NCBI GenBank assembly: GCA_038203295.1
Contig: JBBREC010000001.1
Coordinates: 11,699 to 75,698 of the forward strand
Length of the DNA stretch: 64,000 nt
From: Caulobacterales bacterium
GTDB taxonomy: Bacteria > Pseudomonadota > Alphaproteobacteria > Caulobacterales > Caulobacteraceae
Reading direction: 5' to 3'
A model generated the notes under the pieces. The model was given only the letters and a program-made list of their open reading frames with translations, was not told the origin of the DNA and did no database searches. The position numbers and the translations under genes are program-made. Within the stretch, counting starts at the first letter, position 1, and each line of letters begins with the position of its first letter. This document shows, one piece after another, positions 63,824-64,000 of the stretch.

Positions 63824-64000
63824 TCAGGCGGGGGTTTCCAAGGGATTTTTCACGCCTGCGACAACCCTGTCCCGGTCGCACAGATCGCGGATGGTCACCA
63901 CGCTCGCCGCGCCGGCGTCACGGAACAGCGCCTCGACGGCGTCCTTCTGGTCATAACCGATCTCGACAGCGAACCGACCGCCCGGTTTCAGCACCCGCAG
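63824..64000 (-). CDS. prmC: release-factor glutamine N5-methyltransferase PrmC/HemK (C-terminal 58 codons; 5' end off-window)
   Basis: Minus-strand translation LRVLKPGGRFAVEIGYDQKDAVEALFRDAGAASVVTIRDLCDRDRVVAGVK..* matches the PrmC C-terminus (L.PGG....EIG..Q...V......G......DL.G.DRVV). Confidence 0.8.
   Translation of the reverse strand: MRVLKPGGRFAVEIGYDQKDAVEALFRDAGAASVVTIRDLCDRDRVVAGVKNPLETPA

Overview
High-GC alphaproteobacterial chromosome segment. The CdnL-FdxA-S4-helicase synteny, several TonB-dependent receptors and TTGACG-type promoters suggest a Caulobacterales-like organism (inference). Coding is almost gap-free, with about 57 genes, and many neighbours share 1-4 nt start/stop overlaps. 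From left to right the window holds: (1) TonB receptor, ggt, CMD-family protein and YeiH. (2) A LacI-controlled locus with a TonB receptor, Gfo/Idh/MocA oxidoreductase, anionic-sugar MFS transporter, SsuD-like flavin monooxygenase and aldo/keto reductase. (3) A stress or hypoxia-type block: tandem USP, P-type ATPase, cupin, MgtC-DUF4010, AI-2E transporter, and pta-ackA on the opposite strand. (4) An acyl-CoA dehydrogenase and a hotdog-like protein. (5) A large galactoside region: SSS symporter, GH36 alpha-galactosidase, GH42 beta-galactosidase, TetR; PhyH-type dioxygenase, AKR, hydrolase and GPH transporter; a deleted TonB receptor; and IlvD-type dehydratase, SDR, DgoK, DgoA. (6) tRNA-Arg(CCT) followed by a 1.5 kb low-GC insert encoding a PEP-CTERM beta-propeller protein, bounded by a decayed copy of the tRNA 5' half. 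(7) Housekeeping and miscellaneous genes: dctA, P450, cdnL, fdxA, S4, helicase, cdd, DUF885, a TetR-HlyD-ABC exporter, GT2-TPR, rpmB, DLH, a phytase-like lipoprotein, cobT-like, DUF4167 and prmC. I found no CRISPR array, transposase, integrase or recognisable defence system. The most interesting signals are two separate oxygenase + aldo/keto-reductase modules embedded in sugar-uptake contexts (possible oxidative removal of a heteroatom substituent from a sugar), a 21-23 nt AT-rich promoter/operator motif present three times, the tRNA-flanked insertion, several gene relics that mark deletion scars, and a charge-patterned repeat protein (DUF4167). All product calls come from reading the translations, since no database search was possible. 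Start codons are often uncertain because the ORF track extends to the longest alternative start.
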